Shown here: one piece after another, positions 8,588 through 17,882 of the stretch
Numbering within the stretch: the first letter of the stretch is position 1
How the letters are laid out: each line of letters begins with the position of its first letter
Assembly: GCA_002697535.1 (NCBI GenBank)
Contig: NZWE01000016.1
Location: 56,440 to 77,172 of the forward strand
Reading direction: 5' to 3'
DNA from: Actinomycetota bacterium
GTDB taxonomy: Bacteria > Margulisbacteria > Marinamargulisbacteria > GCA-2716485 > GCA-002719695
DNA length: 20,733 nucleotides
Translations under genes and position numbers: made by a program
Notes under the pieces: generated by a model
Seen by the model: the letters and a program-made list of their open reading frames with translations, nothing else
Told to the model about the DNA's origin: nothing
Database searches by the model: none

Positions 8588-8770
8588 ATGAAATTTTATA
8601 ATGTTAAATTAAAAAAATCCTTAGATATTAATGAAAATGAAATCGAAATAATTACATTAAGTAATGGAAGACCTGCCGCAAAAGCAGAAATTATAATTGA
8701 TGGTGAAAACCATAAACTATTTAAAATATTATCTAAAACAGAAGCAGAAAAAAACCAAAAGCAAAAATAA
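8588..8770 (+). CDS. Small hypothetical protein (60 aa) upstream of pstC
   Basis: ATG at 8588 with a clear AAAGGAG RBS about 6 nt upstream. Compact sequence MKFYNVKLKKSLDINENEIEIITLSNGRPAAKAEIIIDGENHKLFKILSKTEAE. Confidence 0.65.
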   Translation: MKFYNVKLKKSLDINENEIEIITLSNGRPAAKAEIIIDGENHKLFKILSKTEAEKNQKQK

Positions 8771-8871
8771 TAACAATAGTTTATAAAAACTAAAAAAATA
8801 TTTTTATACCCCCTATCAAAAACGGTAAAAAAAAATAGTATTAAAGAAATTAAAAACCTAGTAATATATCC

Positions 8872-9768
8872 ATGAAAATTATGATAAATCTTACGACCCA
8901 TAAAAAAAATCAACTTTTCATCAAAACTCTAAAAGGAGCAGGGTATTTAACCCTCATAATCTTAACGTTATTTTTATTTACCCTTATATTCAATTCTTTT
9001 TTATCATTAAAAACAATTTCATTATCATTTTTATTTAATACTAATTGGCAACCAAATACAGGTAATTTTGGAGCAGCTCCCTTTATAATAGGAACCTTAT
9101 TCACATCTATTTTAGCGCTCTTAATTTCTATCCCTTTTTCATTATCAATTTCAATCTATATTGGATATTTTTTAAAAAACAAAAAAAGAAAAAACACATT
9201 AGAAACACTCATGGATTTATTAGCAGGAATTCCTTCTGTAATTTATGGTTTTTGGGGTTTAATGGTCTTAGTCCCCATAATTATTAAACTTCAAACAACA
9301 CTAGGCATAATCCCATATGGGGTAGGAATATTAGCGGCATCGCTAATATTATCTCTAATGATAATTCCATATTCTGTTACGTTAGGAAAAGATGTTATTA
9401 ATTTAGTCCCGACTGATTTAGTAGAAGCCGCCATTGGTTTAGGAGCAACACCCTATGAAGTCATTAAACATATTGCCATTCCATATAGCCTTTCTGGATT
9501 GTTTGCTGGTCATTTAATGGCATTTGGAAGAGCTATTAGTGAAACAATGGCTGTAACAATGGTTATCGGAAATAGAAATTTTATTCCAAAATCAATTATG
9601 GACCCAGCAAATACATTAGCCAGCGTCATTGCAAACGAATTTGGAGAAGCATCAGCCCCCCTACATATATCAAGTTTAATTGAACTTGGATTAATTTTAT
9701 TAATTATAACAACCATTATCAATATTATTGGCAAAATAATAGTAAAGGCATATACCATTGAAACTTAA
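8872..9768 (+). CDS. pstC: Phosphate ABC transporter permease PstC
   Basis: 298 aa, multi-TM: NWQPNTGNFGAAPFIIGTLFTSILALLISIPF, DLLAGIPSVIYGFWG, EAAIGLGATPYEVIKHIAIPYSLSGL, HLMAFGRAISETMAVTMVIGN. Confidence 0.93.
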   Translation: MKIMINLTTHKKNQLFIKTLKGAGYLTLIILTLFLFTLIFNSFLSLKTISLSFLFNTNWQPNTGNFGAAPFIIGTLFTSILALLISIPFSLSISIYIGYFLKNKKRKNTLETLMDLLAGIPSVIYGFWGLMVLVPIIIKLQTTLGIIPYGVGILAASLILSLMIIPYSVTLGKDVINLVPTDLVEAAIGLGATPYEVIKHIAIPYSLSGLFAGHLMAFGRAISETMAVTMVIGNRNFIPKSIMDPANTLASVIANEFGEASAPLHISSLIELGLILLIITTIINIIGKIIVKAYTIET

Positions 9769-10594
9769 TAAAACTAACTTAGAAAAAAGACTTCTAAAAA
9801 ACAAAATATTTTATGAAACCATAAAAATATTTTCATACGCCTTACTCATCCCATTAGCTTTAATATTATTTTATATCATTAAAAATGGCATAGCATACCT
9901 AAACTTAGACTTTTTCATTAAAATGCCAGCCCCAGTTGGAGAAACTGGAGGAGGCGCATTAAGTGCAATTATTGGAAGTTTTTTAATTGTAGGACTATCA
10001 GGACTAATCGCTATTCCATTAGGTATGCTAATTGGCGTATTTTTAGCAGAATTTAAAGAACATAAAATAAATAATCTAACACGCCTCGCTGTCGAAACAT
10101 TACAAGGAATACCATCCATTATTTATGGAATTGTTGCTTACGCTTGGTTTGTAATGCCATTTGGAAAATTTTCAGGAATTTCGGCAAGTATCGCGTTAGC
10201 GTTAATGATGTTACCTATGGTAGCCAAAGCAACTGAAGAAAGTTTAAAAATGATCCCCTACACGCTAAAAGAAGCATCCTATGCATTAGGCGCAAACTAT
10301 TATACAACCATTAAAAAAGTAATCTTACCAAGTTGCCAAAAAGGAATTACATCCGGTGTATTAATCGGTATATCAAGAATATTAGGCGAAACAGCACCTT
10401 TATTATTCACTGCATTTGGAAATGCATTTTTAAATTTTAATATGGCAAAACCAATTAACGCATTACCCTTATTAATTTATAATTACGCATCCAGCCCTTA
10501 CCAAGAATGGCATCAAATCGCCTGGGCTTCATCATTGTTTTTAATAATAATTGTGTTAGGATTAAGTATCATCTCAAAAAATGTAATAAAATGA
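9758..10594 (+). CDS. pstA: Phosphate ABC transporter permease PstA
   Basis: 278 aa, TTG start overlapping pstC by 11 nt. GGALSAIIGSFLIVGLSGLIAIPLGMLIGVFLAEF, ETLQGIPSIIYGIVAY, EASYALGANYYTTIKKVILPS, GISRILGETAPLLFTAFGN. Confidence 0.93.
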   Translation: MKLNKTNLEKRLLKNKIFYETIKIFSYALLIPLALILFYIIKNGIAYLNLDFFIKMPAPVGETGGGALSAIIGSFLIVGLSGLIAIPLGMLIGVFLAEFKEHKINNLTRLAVETLQGIPSIIYGIVAYAWFVMPFGKFSGISASIALALMMLPMVAKATEESLKMIPYTLKEASYALGANYYTTIKKVILPSCQKGITSGVLIGISRILGETAPLLFTAFGNAFLNFNMAKPINALPLLIYNYASSPYQEWHQIAWASSLFLIIIVLGLSIISKNVIK

Positions 10595-11352
10595 CAAACG
10601 AAACAATATTAAGCATAGAAAAATTAAATATTTCAGTCAAAAAAAATAAAATAATTAAAAACTTGTCATTATCATTTTATAAAAATAAAGTAACTGCCAT
10701 TATGGGGCCATCTGGATGTGGAAAAACAACATTAATAAGATCATTAAACAGAATGCATGATCTTGATAAAAGTTTTAAAGTTAAAGGAAACATATCATTT
10801 GGTAATACAAACTTATTAAAAGCAGACCCTATTCTAGTTCGCCAGCAAATAGGAATGGTATTTCAACGCCCTAATCCATTTCCAAATATGAGCATTTACG
10901 AAAACGTACTAGCTGGCTATATATTAAATGGAATCAAATTATCAAAAGAAGAAAAAGATAATATTGTTGATATAAACTTAAAAAAGGTAGGTCTATACGA
11001 CGAAGTTTCCGATAATATTCATAGAAAAGGAAGTCATTTATCGGGAGGTCAACAACAAAGACTTTGTATTGCCAGAACATTAGCTATGAAACCAAAAGTA
11101 TTACTCTTAGATGAACCAACATCTGCACTAGATCCAAAAGCAACAACACGAATAGAAAATTTGATTAACGAACTAAAAAATGAAGTATCTATTATTATGG
11201 TGACACACAACATTGAACAAGCATCACGCGTATCAGACTACACTGCCTTTCTTTATCTAGGGGATCTCATCGAGTACGACACAACAGAAACAATTTTTAC
11301 AGTTCCTAAAGATAAAAGAACAGAAGAATATTTAAGTAGAAAATATGGATAA
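10591..11352 (+). CDS. pstB: Phosphate ABC transporter ATP-binding protein PstB
   Basis: Walker A GPSGCGKTT, SLNRMHDL, FQRPNPFPNMSIYENV, signature LSGGQQQRLCIARTLA, Walker B VLLLDEPTSALDP. ATG 10591 overlaps the pstA stop (ATGA) and is preferred over upstream 10507. Confidence 0.96.
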   Translation: MTNETILSIEKLNISVKKNKIIKNLSLSFYKNKVTAIMGPSGCGKTTLIRSLNRMHDLDKSFKVKGNISFGNTNLLKADPILVRQQIGMVFQRPNPFPNMSIYENVLAGYILNGIKLSKEEKDNIVDINLKKVGLYDEVSDNIHRKGSHLSGGQQQRLCIARTLAMKPKVLLLDEPTSALDPKATTRIENLINELKNEVSIIMVTHNIEQASRVSDYTAFLYLGDLIEYDTTETIFTVPKDKRTEEYLSRKYG

Positions 11353-11362
11353 GGAGATACTT

Positions 11363-12019
11363 ATGACTACAAATTTAGAAGCATCAATCAACGAACTAAA
11401 AACATCATTTCAAAACATATCATCACTGGTCATTGATAATGTTAAACTGGCATCCGAAACATTAATCAAACAAGAAAAACAAGATATTAATACAGTAAAA
11501 GAAAATGATAATGAAATTGATAAAAAAGAAATTTTATTAGAAGAAACCTGTATACAAATCATCGCCATGCATCAACCCAAAGGACAAACATTACGTTTTA
11601 TTATAGCTATGCTAAAAGTTAATAACGATTTAGAACGAATTAGTGATTTAGCAGTTAATATGGCAAAATCAGTCAAAACATTAAGTGAATATAAAGAAGA
11701 AAACTTATTTTTCTTACATGAAATGATTACAAAAGTCTTAGCCATGCTAGAAGGCTCCATTCAAGCGCTATTGGACTTAAACACCAAGCAAGCAATACGA
11801 ATCTGTGCCTTAGATGAAGAAGTAGACACGTTAAAACATAAACAAAGAAAAGAAATTTTAGAAATAATAAATAAAAAACCAAAAATCACAGAATACCTCT
11901 TAGATATCATTATCAATGGAAGACGCTTAGAAAGAATTGCTGATTTATGTACAAATATAGCCGAAGATATTATTTATATCAAAGAAGGCGAAATCATTAG
12001 ACATCGTAAATGGGATTAG
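11363..12019 (+). CDS. phoU: PhoU-family phosphate transport regulator
   Basis: Directly after pstB. RBS aaggaga (11351-11357) then ATG 11363 (MTTNLEASINELK). Two-helical-repeat PhoU motifs NNDLERISDLAVNMAKS and GRRLERIADLCTNIAEDIIYI. Confidence 0.93.
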   Translation: MTTNLEASINELKTSFQNISSLVIDNVKLASETLIKQEKQDINTVKENDNEIDKKEILLEETCIQIIAMHQPKGQTLRFIIAMLKVNNDLERISDLAVNMAKSVKTLSEYKEENLFFLHEMITKVLAMLEGSIQALLDLNTKQAIRICALDEEVDTLKHKQRKEILEIINKKPKITEYLLDIIINGRRLERIADLCTNIAEDIIYIKEGEIIRHRKWD

Positions 12020-12028
12020 TATCTATTA

Positions 12029-12490
12029 ATGAACTATATAATAGATGCCTACAATTTAATTGGAAAGCTAACCAAAGTATCACTCGCCGATAAAAATAAA
12101 GAAGAAAAACTAATTCAACTTTTAAGTAATTTCAATAAAAAAAAGAAAGATTATTTCATACTTGTTTTTGATGGAAAAAACAAAGAAACACCATACCAGT
12201 CTCAGCAAGATTTAGATCAAATAAAAATTATTTTCACCGATATTTTAGAAAGTGCTGATGAATATATATTACGTCTGATACAAACCTTACCGCATAAAGA
12301 AAACTATACCGTTATATCATCTGACAATGAAATTAAATATAAAAGCAAAAAAAACAAATTAACATGTATTAATTCCGAATCATTTTTTAGATATCTATCG
12401 AGTCAGAAACAAAATACAGAAACAAAAAAAACTTTAGTTAAAAAGTTAGAAATGGACTATTGGTTAAATGAATTCAATAAAAAAAAATAA
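12029..12490 (+). CDS. NYN/YacP-like domain protein (predicted RNA-associated/nuclease fold)
   Basis: NYIIDAYNLIGKL, ILVFDGK, IKIIFTDILESADEYILRLIQ, YTVISSDNEIKY correspond to the acidic-residue pattern of YacP-like NYN proteins. Confidence 0.78.
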   Translation: MNYIIDAYNLIGKLTKVSLADKNKEEKLIQLLSNFNKKKKDYFILVFDGKNKETPYQSQQDLDQIKIIFTDILESADEYILRLIQTLPHKENYTVISSDNEIKYKSKKNKLTCINSESFFRYLSSQKQNTETKKTLVKKLEMDYWLNEFNKKK

Positions 12491-12558
12491 AAAGTAATTT
12501 TAATTTTAAAAAATTATAAGTTACTATATGTTTTAATCATCACAAAAAGGGAGAAAAA

Positions 12559-13842
12559 ATGTCTAATCACTTAGAAACACTATCACTTCATGAAGGACAA
12601 ACTGTCGATCCAACAACAGGATCAAGAGCCGTTCCCATCTACCAAACAACTAGTTATGTTTTTAATAACACAGAACATGCAGCCAATTTATTTGGTTTAA
12701 AAGAGTTTGGAAATATTTATACAAGAATTATGAATCCCACAACAGATGTTTTAGAAAAAAGAGTTACTAGTATGGAAGGGGGAACATCTGGCGTATGTAC
12801 AGCTAGCGGTATGTCCGCTATATTTCTCGGGATTATCACAACATTATCAGCTGGTGATCACTTAATAACATCCTCATCATTATATGGAGGAACTGACACC
12901 TTATTTCGACACACGTTACCTAAAATGGGAATAAGCGTCGATTTTGTTGAAGATTTAACAGCAGAAAAACTAAAAGCAGCGATTAAAGAAAATACAAAAC
13001 TAGTTTTTTTTGAAACCATTGGCAATCCAAAAGGCGATGTCTTAGACATCAAGGCAATATGTGATGAAGCACATAATCATAATTTACCCGTCATGGTAGA
13101 TAATACGTTTGCACCTGGACTATGTAAACCAATCGAACATGGTGTCAATATTGTAGTACATTCATTAACAAAATGGATAGGAGGGCATGGTACTAGTATA
13201 GGAGGAATCTTAATTGACGGAGGTAATTTTGATTGGGGTAATGGAAACTTTCCAGAATTTACAGATCCTGATCCACGCTATCACGGTTTAGAACTATGGA
13301 ATACATTTGGAAACTTCCCGGAAGCTGGCAATATAGCATTTGCAATTAAAGCAAGAGTACAAGGGTTACGAAATATAGGAATGAGTTTAAGCCCAAATAA
13401 TGCGTTCCATTTTTTACAAGGAATGGAAACACTTCCTTTAAGAATGGAAAAACATATTAGTAACGCCATTACATTATCAGAATGGTTAAAAAACCACCCA
13501 AAAATAGAATGGGTCAATCATACAGCATTTCAGGATCATCCAAGTCATGAAAGATGCAAAAAATATTTAAATAACCAATTTCCAACAGTATTCACATTTG
13601 GAGTTAAAGGGGGGTATGAAGCAGGAAAATCATTTATAGAAAATGTAAAACTAGCTAGTCATCTTGCTAATGTAGGTGATGCAAAAACGCTTGTTATTCA
13701 CCCATCATCAACAACACACTCCCAACTTGGAGAAAAAGACCAGTTATCTGCTGGAGTAACACCTGATATGGTCAGAGTTTCTGTCGGGTTAGAACATATA
13801 GATGATATCAAAAAGGATTTTGAAAACGCTCTTAACGCATAA
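12559..13842 (+). CDS. metY: O-acetylhomoserine aminocarboxypropyltransferase/sulfhydrylase-like PLP enzyme
   Basis: 427 aa: LSLHEGQTVDPTTGSRAVPIYQTTSYVFNNTEHAANLF, YTRIMNPTTDVLEKRV, FFETIGNPKGDVLDI, VHSLTKWIGGHGTSIGGILIDGG (PLP Lys region), HPSSTTHSQL. RBS-like aaagggag upstream. Confidence 0.93.
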   Translation: MSNHLETLSLHEGQTVDPTTGSRAVPIYQTTSYVFNNTEHAANLFGLKEFGNIYTRIMNPTTDVLEKRVTSMEGGTSGVCTASGMSAIFLGIITTLSAGDHLITSSSLYGGTDTLFRHTLPKMGISVDFVEDLTAEKLKAAIKENTKLVFFETIGNPKGDVLDIKAICDEAHNHNLPVMVDNTFAPGLCKPIEHGVNIVVHSLTKWIGGHGTSIGGILIDGGNFDWGNGNFPEFTDPDPRYHGLELWNTFGNFPEAGNIAFAIKARVQGLRNIGMSLSPNNAFHFLQGMETLPLRMEKHISNAITLSEWLKNHPKIEWVNHTAFQDHPSHERCKKYLNNQFPTVFTFGVKGGYEAGKSFIENVKLASHLANVGDAKTLVIHPSSTTHSQLGEKDQLSAGVTPDMVRVSVGLEHIDDIKKDFENALNA

Positions 13843-13853
13843 AATCAACATCT

Positions 13854-13882
13854 CTTAAGGAGCTTTTTATAAGCTCCTTAAG
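13854..13882. terminator. Long inverted repeat between convergent genes, possible bidirectional terminator
   Basis: Perfect 12-bp arms cttaaggagctt (13854-13865) and aagctccttaag (13871-13882) around a 5-nt loop. It abuts the stop codon of the minus-strand ccs gene. No clean U-tract after the stem. Confidence 0.6.
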
Positions 13883-15703
13883 CTATTCTTTTACTTTAAT
13901 AAAATTAAAACCAATAACAACAATAAATAACTGTGTAGCAATATATAACATAAGCCACTGAAAGGCTTCATTCATAAAGCCATAGGAGTGAAGACCAACA
14001 CCTAACATGTTAACTCCAAACCAAGAAAAAGCAGTTACAATATTACCTAAAACAGCTAATAACATAACACCACGAATATATACCAACCCCGCTAAACGAG
14101 CATGTAAAATAATAGCGTTAAAAATTACAATTAATAAAGCGCCATTTTCTTTGGGATCCCATCCCCAAAATCGGCCCCAAGATTGATCCGCCCAAATACC
14201 ACCTAAAACAGTACCTATAAAACTAAAAAATAAACTAAAACAAATAATGGCATAAACCATTTTATATAATTGCAAATTTTGCTTATGATCACCTTTATTA
14301 AAACAATTAATAAATACATAACACGTTGCAATCATTCCGGCTAAAAAAGTGCCCCCATAACCTAAAGTAATCGTAATAACATGAGTACTAAGCCAGAAAT
14401 TAGAATCTAATACAGCCTGCATCTGTTCCATCGTATCCGATTGTAACGCTAAATGATGAGCAATAATCAAGGTAATAAAACCTAAAATAGAACTAATAAA
14501 ATAACCTAATTTATTTTTAAAAAATCGTTCTTGAAGTAAACACAGTCCAATAGCCGCCCAACCAACAAAAACAGCAGATGAATACAAATTAATAACAGGA
14601 GGGCGATCCAAAATAACCATCCTAGCAATTAAGCTAATCGTATGAACCCCAAATGCAAACAAACATAAATATTTGGCCAAACGATAAATTAAGACACGAT
14701 CCAGCAAATAATATAAAAGCATTAAACATAAAACAACTACATACAAAACCATACTAAGATAAAAAGGATTAATCATTGTAAAATAATATTCCAAAGTAAC
14801 AATTTTAGAATAACGTGTCATTGATTCACTAAAATAAGAAGTAAGCGATTTTAACGTACCATTAAACAATTCATAATTAGAATTCATAAAATATAACGTT
14901 AAATGTGCATAATCTAATAAAACAGGATTAGCTTGATAATTAAAGTCTAAATGTTTTAATAATTCACTTCCTGTATTAGACCATTTTTCTAAATTTTCAG
15001 GTTCATCCTGATTCGGATAAAAATATAAACGAGATAGATCACTAAATTGCCTATGTCGTTTAAAATCCTGATTAAATTCCAACAAATGTAACTGATCCGT
15101 TTTAGTTGAAAGTCCCCCAGTTGTATTATAAGCAGTAAATAATTCTAACCCTCGTGAAACACGCTTATGATAAGCCGTAACATAATCATAAAAAACAAGA
15201 TCATTATAAGGAATAAAGCTATGAAGCAAGGAAATAAATAAAGACAATTTACCTGCTAATTGTCTTATATTTTGTTCATAAACAGAAAGATTTTCAGTTT
15301 GATCTAATGCTATAGATTTAGATTGAATTTGCAAAATAAACGGTTCTAACTCAGAATATGAAAAATGTTTTTTAGAATCATCTAACTTAAATTCATGACG
15401 AATATCTAGATCATGAATCAAAAATAACGGATCTTGTTTAGATTGCTCAGAATGACAAAGCACTTCCCATAACCATAAAGAAGCTGAAATGGATTGCGAT
15501 TTTCCATCAATAACACGTTTAATAGTCGATTTTTCACGAATAGAAATCAATACTTGCCTAGCAAAAGACTCAAAGGGCTGTAAACGTCCTTTATATAAAA
15601 CCGGTAATTTACCTAATGAAGTAGTATCATAATCCGTATCTGCATACGAAGCACTCAGAAACAAAGCAATAAAGAAAAAAATAACCAGCAGTCGTTTTAT
15701 CAT
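13883..15703 (-). CDS. ccsA: CcsA/ResC-type System II cytochrome c biogenesis protein with long N-terminal extension
   Basis: 606 aa. C-terminal multi-TM region with WGG-like GGIWADQSWGRFWGWDPKENGALL (WWD signature) and NLYSSAVFVGWAAIGLCLL. N-terminal LGKLPVLYKGRLQPFESFARQVLISI resembles the long periplasmic extension of some CcsA proteins. Confidence 0.9.
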   Translation of the reverse strand: MIKRLLVIFFFIALFLSASYADTDYDTTSLGKLPVLYKGRLQPFESFARQVLISIREKSTIKRVIDGKSQSISASLWLWEVLCHSEQSKQDPLFLIHDLDIRHEFKLDDSKKHFSYSELEPFILQIQSKSIALDQTENLSVYEQNIRQLAGKLSLFISLLHSFIPYNDLVFYDYVTAYHKRVSRGLELFTAYNTTGGLSTKTDQLHLLEFNQDFKRHRQFSDLSRLYFYPNQDEPENLEKWSNTGSELLKHLDFNYQANPVLLDYAHLTLYFMNSNYELFNGTLKSLTSYFSESMTRYSKIVTLEYYFTMINPFYLSMVLYVVVLCLMLLYYLLDRVLIYRLAKYLCLFAFGVHTISLIARMVILDRPPVINLYSSAVFVGWAAIGLCLLQERFFKNKLGYFISSILGFITLIIAHHLALQSDTMEQMQAVLDSNFWLSTHVITITLGYGGTFLAGMIATCYVFINCFNKGDHKQNLQLYKMVYAIICFSLFFSFIGTVLGGIWADQSWGRFWGWDPKENGALLIVIFNAIILHARLAGLVYIRGVMLLAVLGNIVTAFSWFGVNMLGVGLHSYGFMNEAFQWLMLYIATQLFIVVIGFNFIKVKE

Positions 15704-16830
15704 GATCGTTTCTTTAAAAAAGCCAATAAATGAATAAAAAAATGAAAACCCATTCCTAAAGCAATAATTAAACTAGAAACATAAGGAAAATACCAACTCT
15801 TATTATAAACAACTTGCAACACAGAAGAGGGTACATCTTGCCCAAAACTAGCCTGATAAAAGGTATAATAACCATATCGTAATGGATGATTCATATAAAT
15901 AAGAACATCTCTTACCGCACTCCCATCATAAGGATTAATAGAAACTAAACTAGAATAGTTTTTAGGAATATCAGAACCAGGATAAACATCATGTGTAAAA
16001 GACTTCAAAGTTAATTTAAATGGAAAATATAAACGCTTTGGACGAATTTGAAGATAATACGTTTTCTGATCAAAGACAAATTTTTGAGTACCATTAATAT
16101 CTAAAGATAACAACATTGTTTCAGACTGAACATCATCTTGAGAAAATGATAGCAATGCAGTTGGATTATTTTTTTTATCATCAACAGTAAAAACAGGAAC
16201 CTTTTTAACCAACAATGATTTCCCTATTCCTATATCAGCAACCCCCTTACGAGAATCAGCAAGCGATAATTGTGCATTATCAAAAAATTGATGCACCTTA
16301 ATATTAAAGGGTATTTCAGCTGATTTAATAACTGATTGACGTTTTAAGGTATCAATAGGAATTGTAACAATATAATCATAACGAGAAAAAGATGGATCAA
16401 TAATAACTAATTCGGTTTCATATAAATCTTCCGAATAAAAAGCAGTGTCATCTTCTTCCATATAAACCTGGCTTTCAACAACAACACAAGAAGATAAACC
16501 ACCACCAAGCAATAAAATAATAAATCCGATATGAATTAAAATTAAACCCACATTTTTAAACGTAAACTTAATTTTTAATAAGGTACTTAAGGTTAAATTA
16601 AGAACTAAAACTGAACCAATTAATGCCCCTCCAGGAAAAACCGGCAACTGAAACCCTTTAAACGGAACAGTAATAAATAAAGAATGAAAATATTCTTTTT
16701 GAACATAATAAATACCATGATCAATTTGCATAAAGGTACCAACAAGAACAATAATAAACAAACCTGAAAAAGCATATAACGCTAACTGAATAGATGATAA
16801 AAAAGATAAAAATTTATTAAGAGGATTCAT
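15700..16830 (-). CDS. resB: ResB/Ccs1-like cytochrome c biogenesis protein
   Basis: N-terminal FLSFLSSIQLALYAFSGLFIIVLVGTFMQ, FKNVGLILIHIGFIILLLGG, and a periplasmic region ending in YYTFYQASFGQDVPSSVLQVVYNKSWYFPYVSSLIIALGM. ATG 16830 is preferred over TTG 16836. The stop overlaps the start of ccsA (ATGA). Confidence 0.88.
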   Translation of the reverse strand: MNPLNKFLSFLSSIQLALYAFSGLFIIVLVGTFMQIDHGIYYVQKEYFHSLFITVPFKGFQLPVFPGGALIGSVLVLNLTLSTLLKIKFTFKNVGLILIHIGFIILLLGGGLSSCVVVESQVYMEEDDTAFYSEDLYETELVIIDPSFSRYDYIVTIPIDTLKRQSVIKSAEIPFNIKVHQFFDNAQLSLADSRKGVADIGIGKSLLVKKVPVFTVDDKKNNPTALLSFSQDDVQSETMLLSLDINGTQKFVFDQKTYYLQIRPKRLYFPFKLTLKSFTHDVYPGSDIPKNYSSLVSINPYDGSAVRDVLIYMNHPLRYGYYTFYQASFGQDVPSSVLQVVYNKSWYFPYVSSLIIALGMGFHFFIHLLAFLKKRS

Positions 16831-17380
16831 AAGCAATAGATTTTAAAATTGTAATAAACGATTCACGATTTAACTGAAGTAAAGTCTTAGAACTAGTTAA
16901 CTTGAAAAAATAAGATTCATTGTCATACATAAAGAACCCAACATACATAGACTCTATATCATCAGAAGATAGCATCTTATTAGTACGATGTAACTCTAAA
17001 AAAGTAATTGATAAAAAAGGATGTTCAACACGAACAAATAGAGAAGCTAAATCATCAACGCTTATAGAAGATAACCCTAATTGACCTCGCCAACGATTAA
17101 CATTTGCCAATATACCACCCGCATCTCCCGGAAATTTAACAACAGAAAAATCACCTATACCATTAGATTGAGTAGATACTTGATAGCTAGACAAACGAAA
17201 TGAAGTTAAATCTTGTTCAATCCAAGCTTCAGGAACAGACCAAACAAGCATTTTATAACTGCCTTGAACTGACAATTGAGCAACAGTAACTGTTTGCTTA
17301 GGAACCTTATACGTCATAATCCCAGACTTCTCACAAGAAAGCAAAAAAACAACTAATAATAAGGCAATACATTTAATCAT
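16817..17380 (-). CDS. Predicted lipoprotein associated with the cytochrome c cluster
   Basis: MIKCIALLLVVFLLSC (lipobox LLSC) and body WSVPEAWIEQDLTSFRLSSYQVST...VKFPGDAGGILANVNRWRGQLGL. It overlaps resB by ~14 nt, consistent with co-translation. Confidence 0.75.
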   Translation of the reverse strand: MIKCIALLLVVFLLSCEKSGIMTYKVPKQTVTVAQLSVQGSYKMLVWSVPEAWIEQDLTSFRLSSYQVSTQSNGIGDFSVVKFPGDAGGILANVNRWRGQLGLSSISVDDLASLFVRVEHPFLSITFLELHRTNKMLSSDDIESMYVGFFMYDNESYFFKLTSSKTLLQLNRESFITILKSIAYESS

Positions 17381-17457
17381 GCATTGATTATGAAGAATAG
17401 AACGTGAAAAATCAATAAAACAGGATTAAAAATTAGTTTAAAAAAAAATTACAAAAT

Positions 17458-17775
17458 TTAAGCTTCCATAAATTCTGCAATAACACATTCCAAAGAAGCA
17501 TCAATTTTTTCTTTGGAAACAGCATGCTTAATATCTCGCTTATAAGAAGGAACACACTCAGGAAACCAAAATTCTATATCATCAGACAAAATAGCAGTAC
17601 GTTGAAATAACAAACTTTGCGTTAAGGATTTAAAAACATCAATACGATCATCAAACGACAATGAATTATTAGACGAACAAGATAAATCTAAATGAGCAAT
17701 ATCTTCTTGCAAAGAAGCATGTTCATTAGATAACAACGTATCAATATAAGACGAATTTAATCGTTCAATCACCAT
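17458..17775 (-). CDS. Hypothetical acidic protein (105 aa)
   Basis: ATG 17775 preceded by an RBS-like AAAAAGGAGAAA on the minus strand. No recognisable family. Confidence 0.6.
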   Translation of the reverse strand: MVIERLNSSYIDTLLSNEHASLQEDIAHLDLSCSSNNSLSFDDRIDVFKSLTQSLLFQRTAILSDDIEFWFPECVPSYKRDIKHAVSKEKIDASLECVIAEFMEA

Positions 17776-17882
17776 AATAGTTTCTCCTTTTTATTAATTA
17801 GTAACTATTGATTTACTACCACAAAATACAAACCATTAAACATAACGAAAATAAAATAGAATTATGGTAAAATCAAAGACAC

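Noticed and set aside
8596-9104. Minus-strand ORFs 8596..8913 and 8910..9104 over the small ORF and pstC
   Set aside because: Opposite-strand artefacts over better supported plus-strand genes.
10507-10590. Upstream start for pstB at 10507
   Set aside because: It would overlap pstA by 88 nt. The ATG at 10591 gives the usual ATGA coupling and the expected N-terminus.
12858-13517. Minus-strand ORFs 12858..13052 and 13281..13517
   Set aside because: They lie within the strongly supported metY-like CDS.
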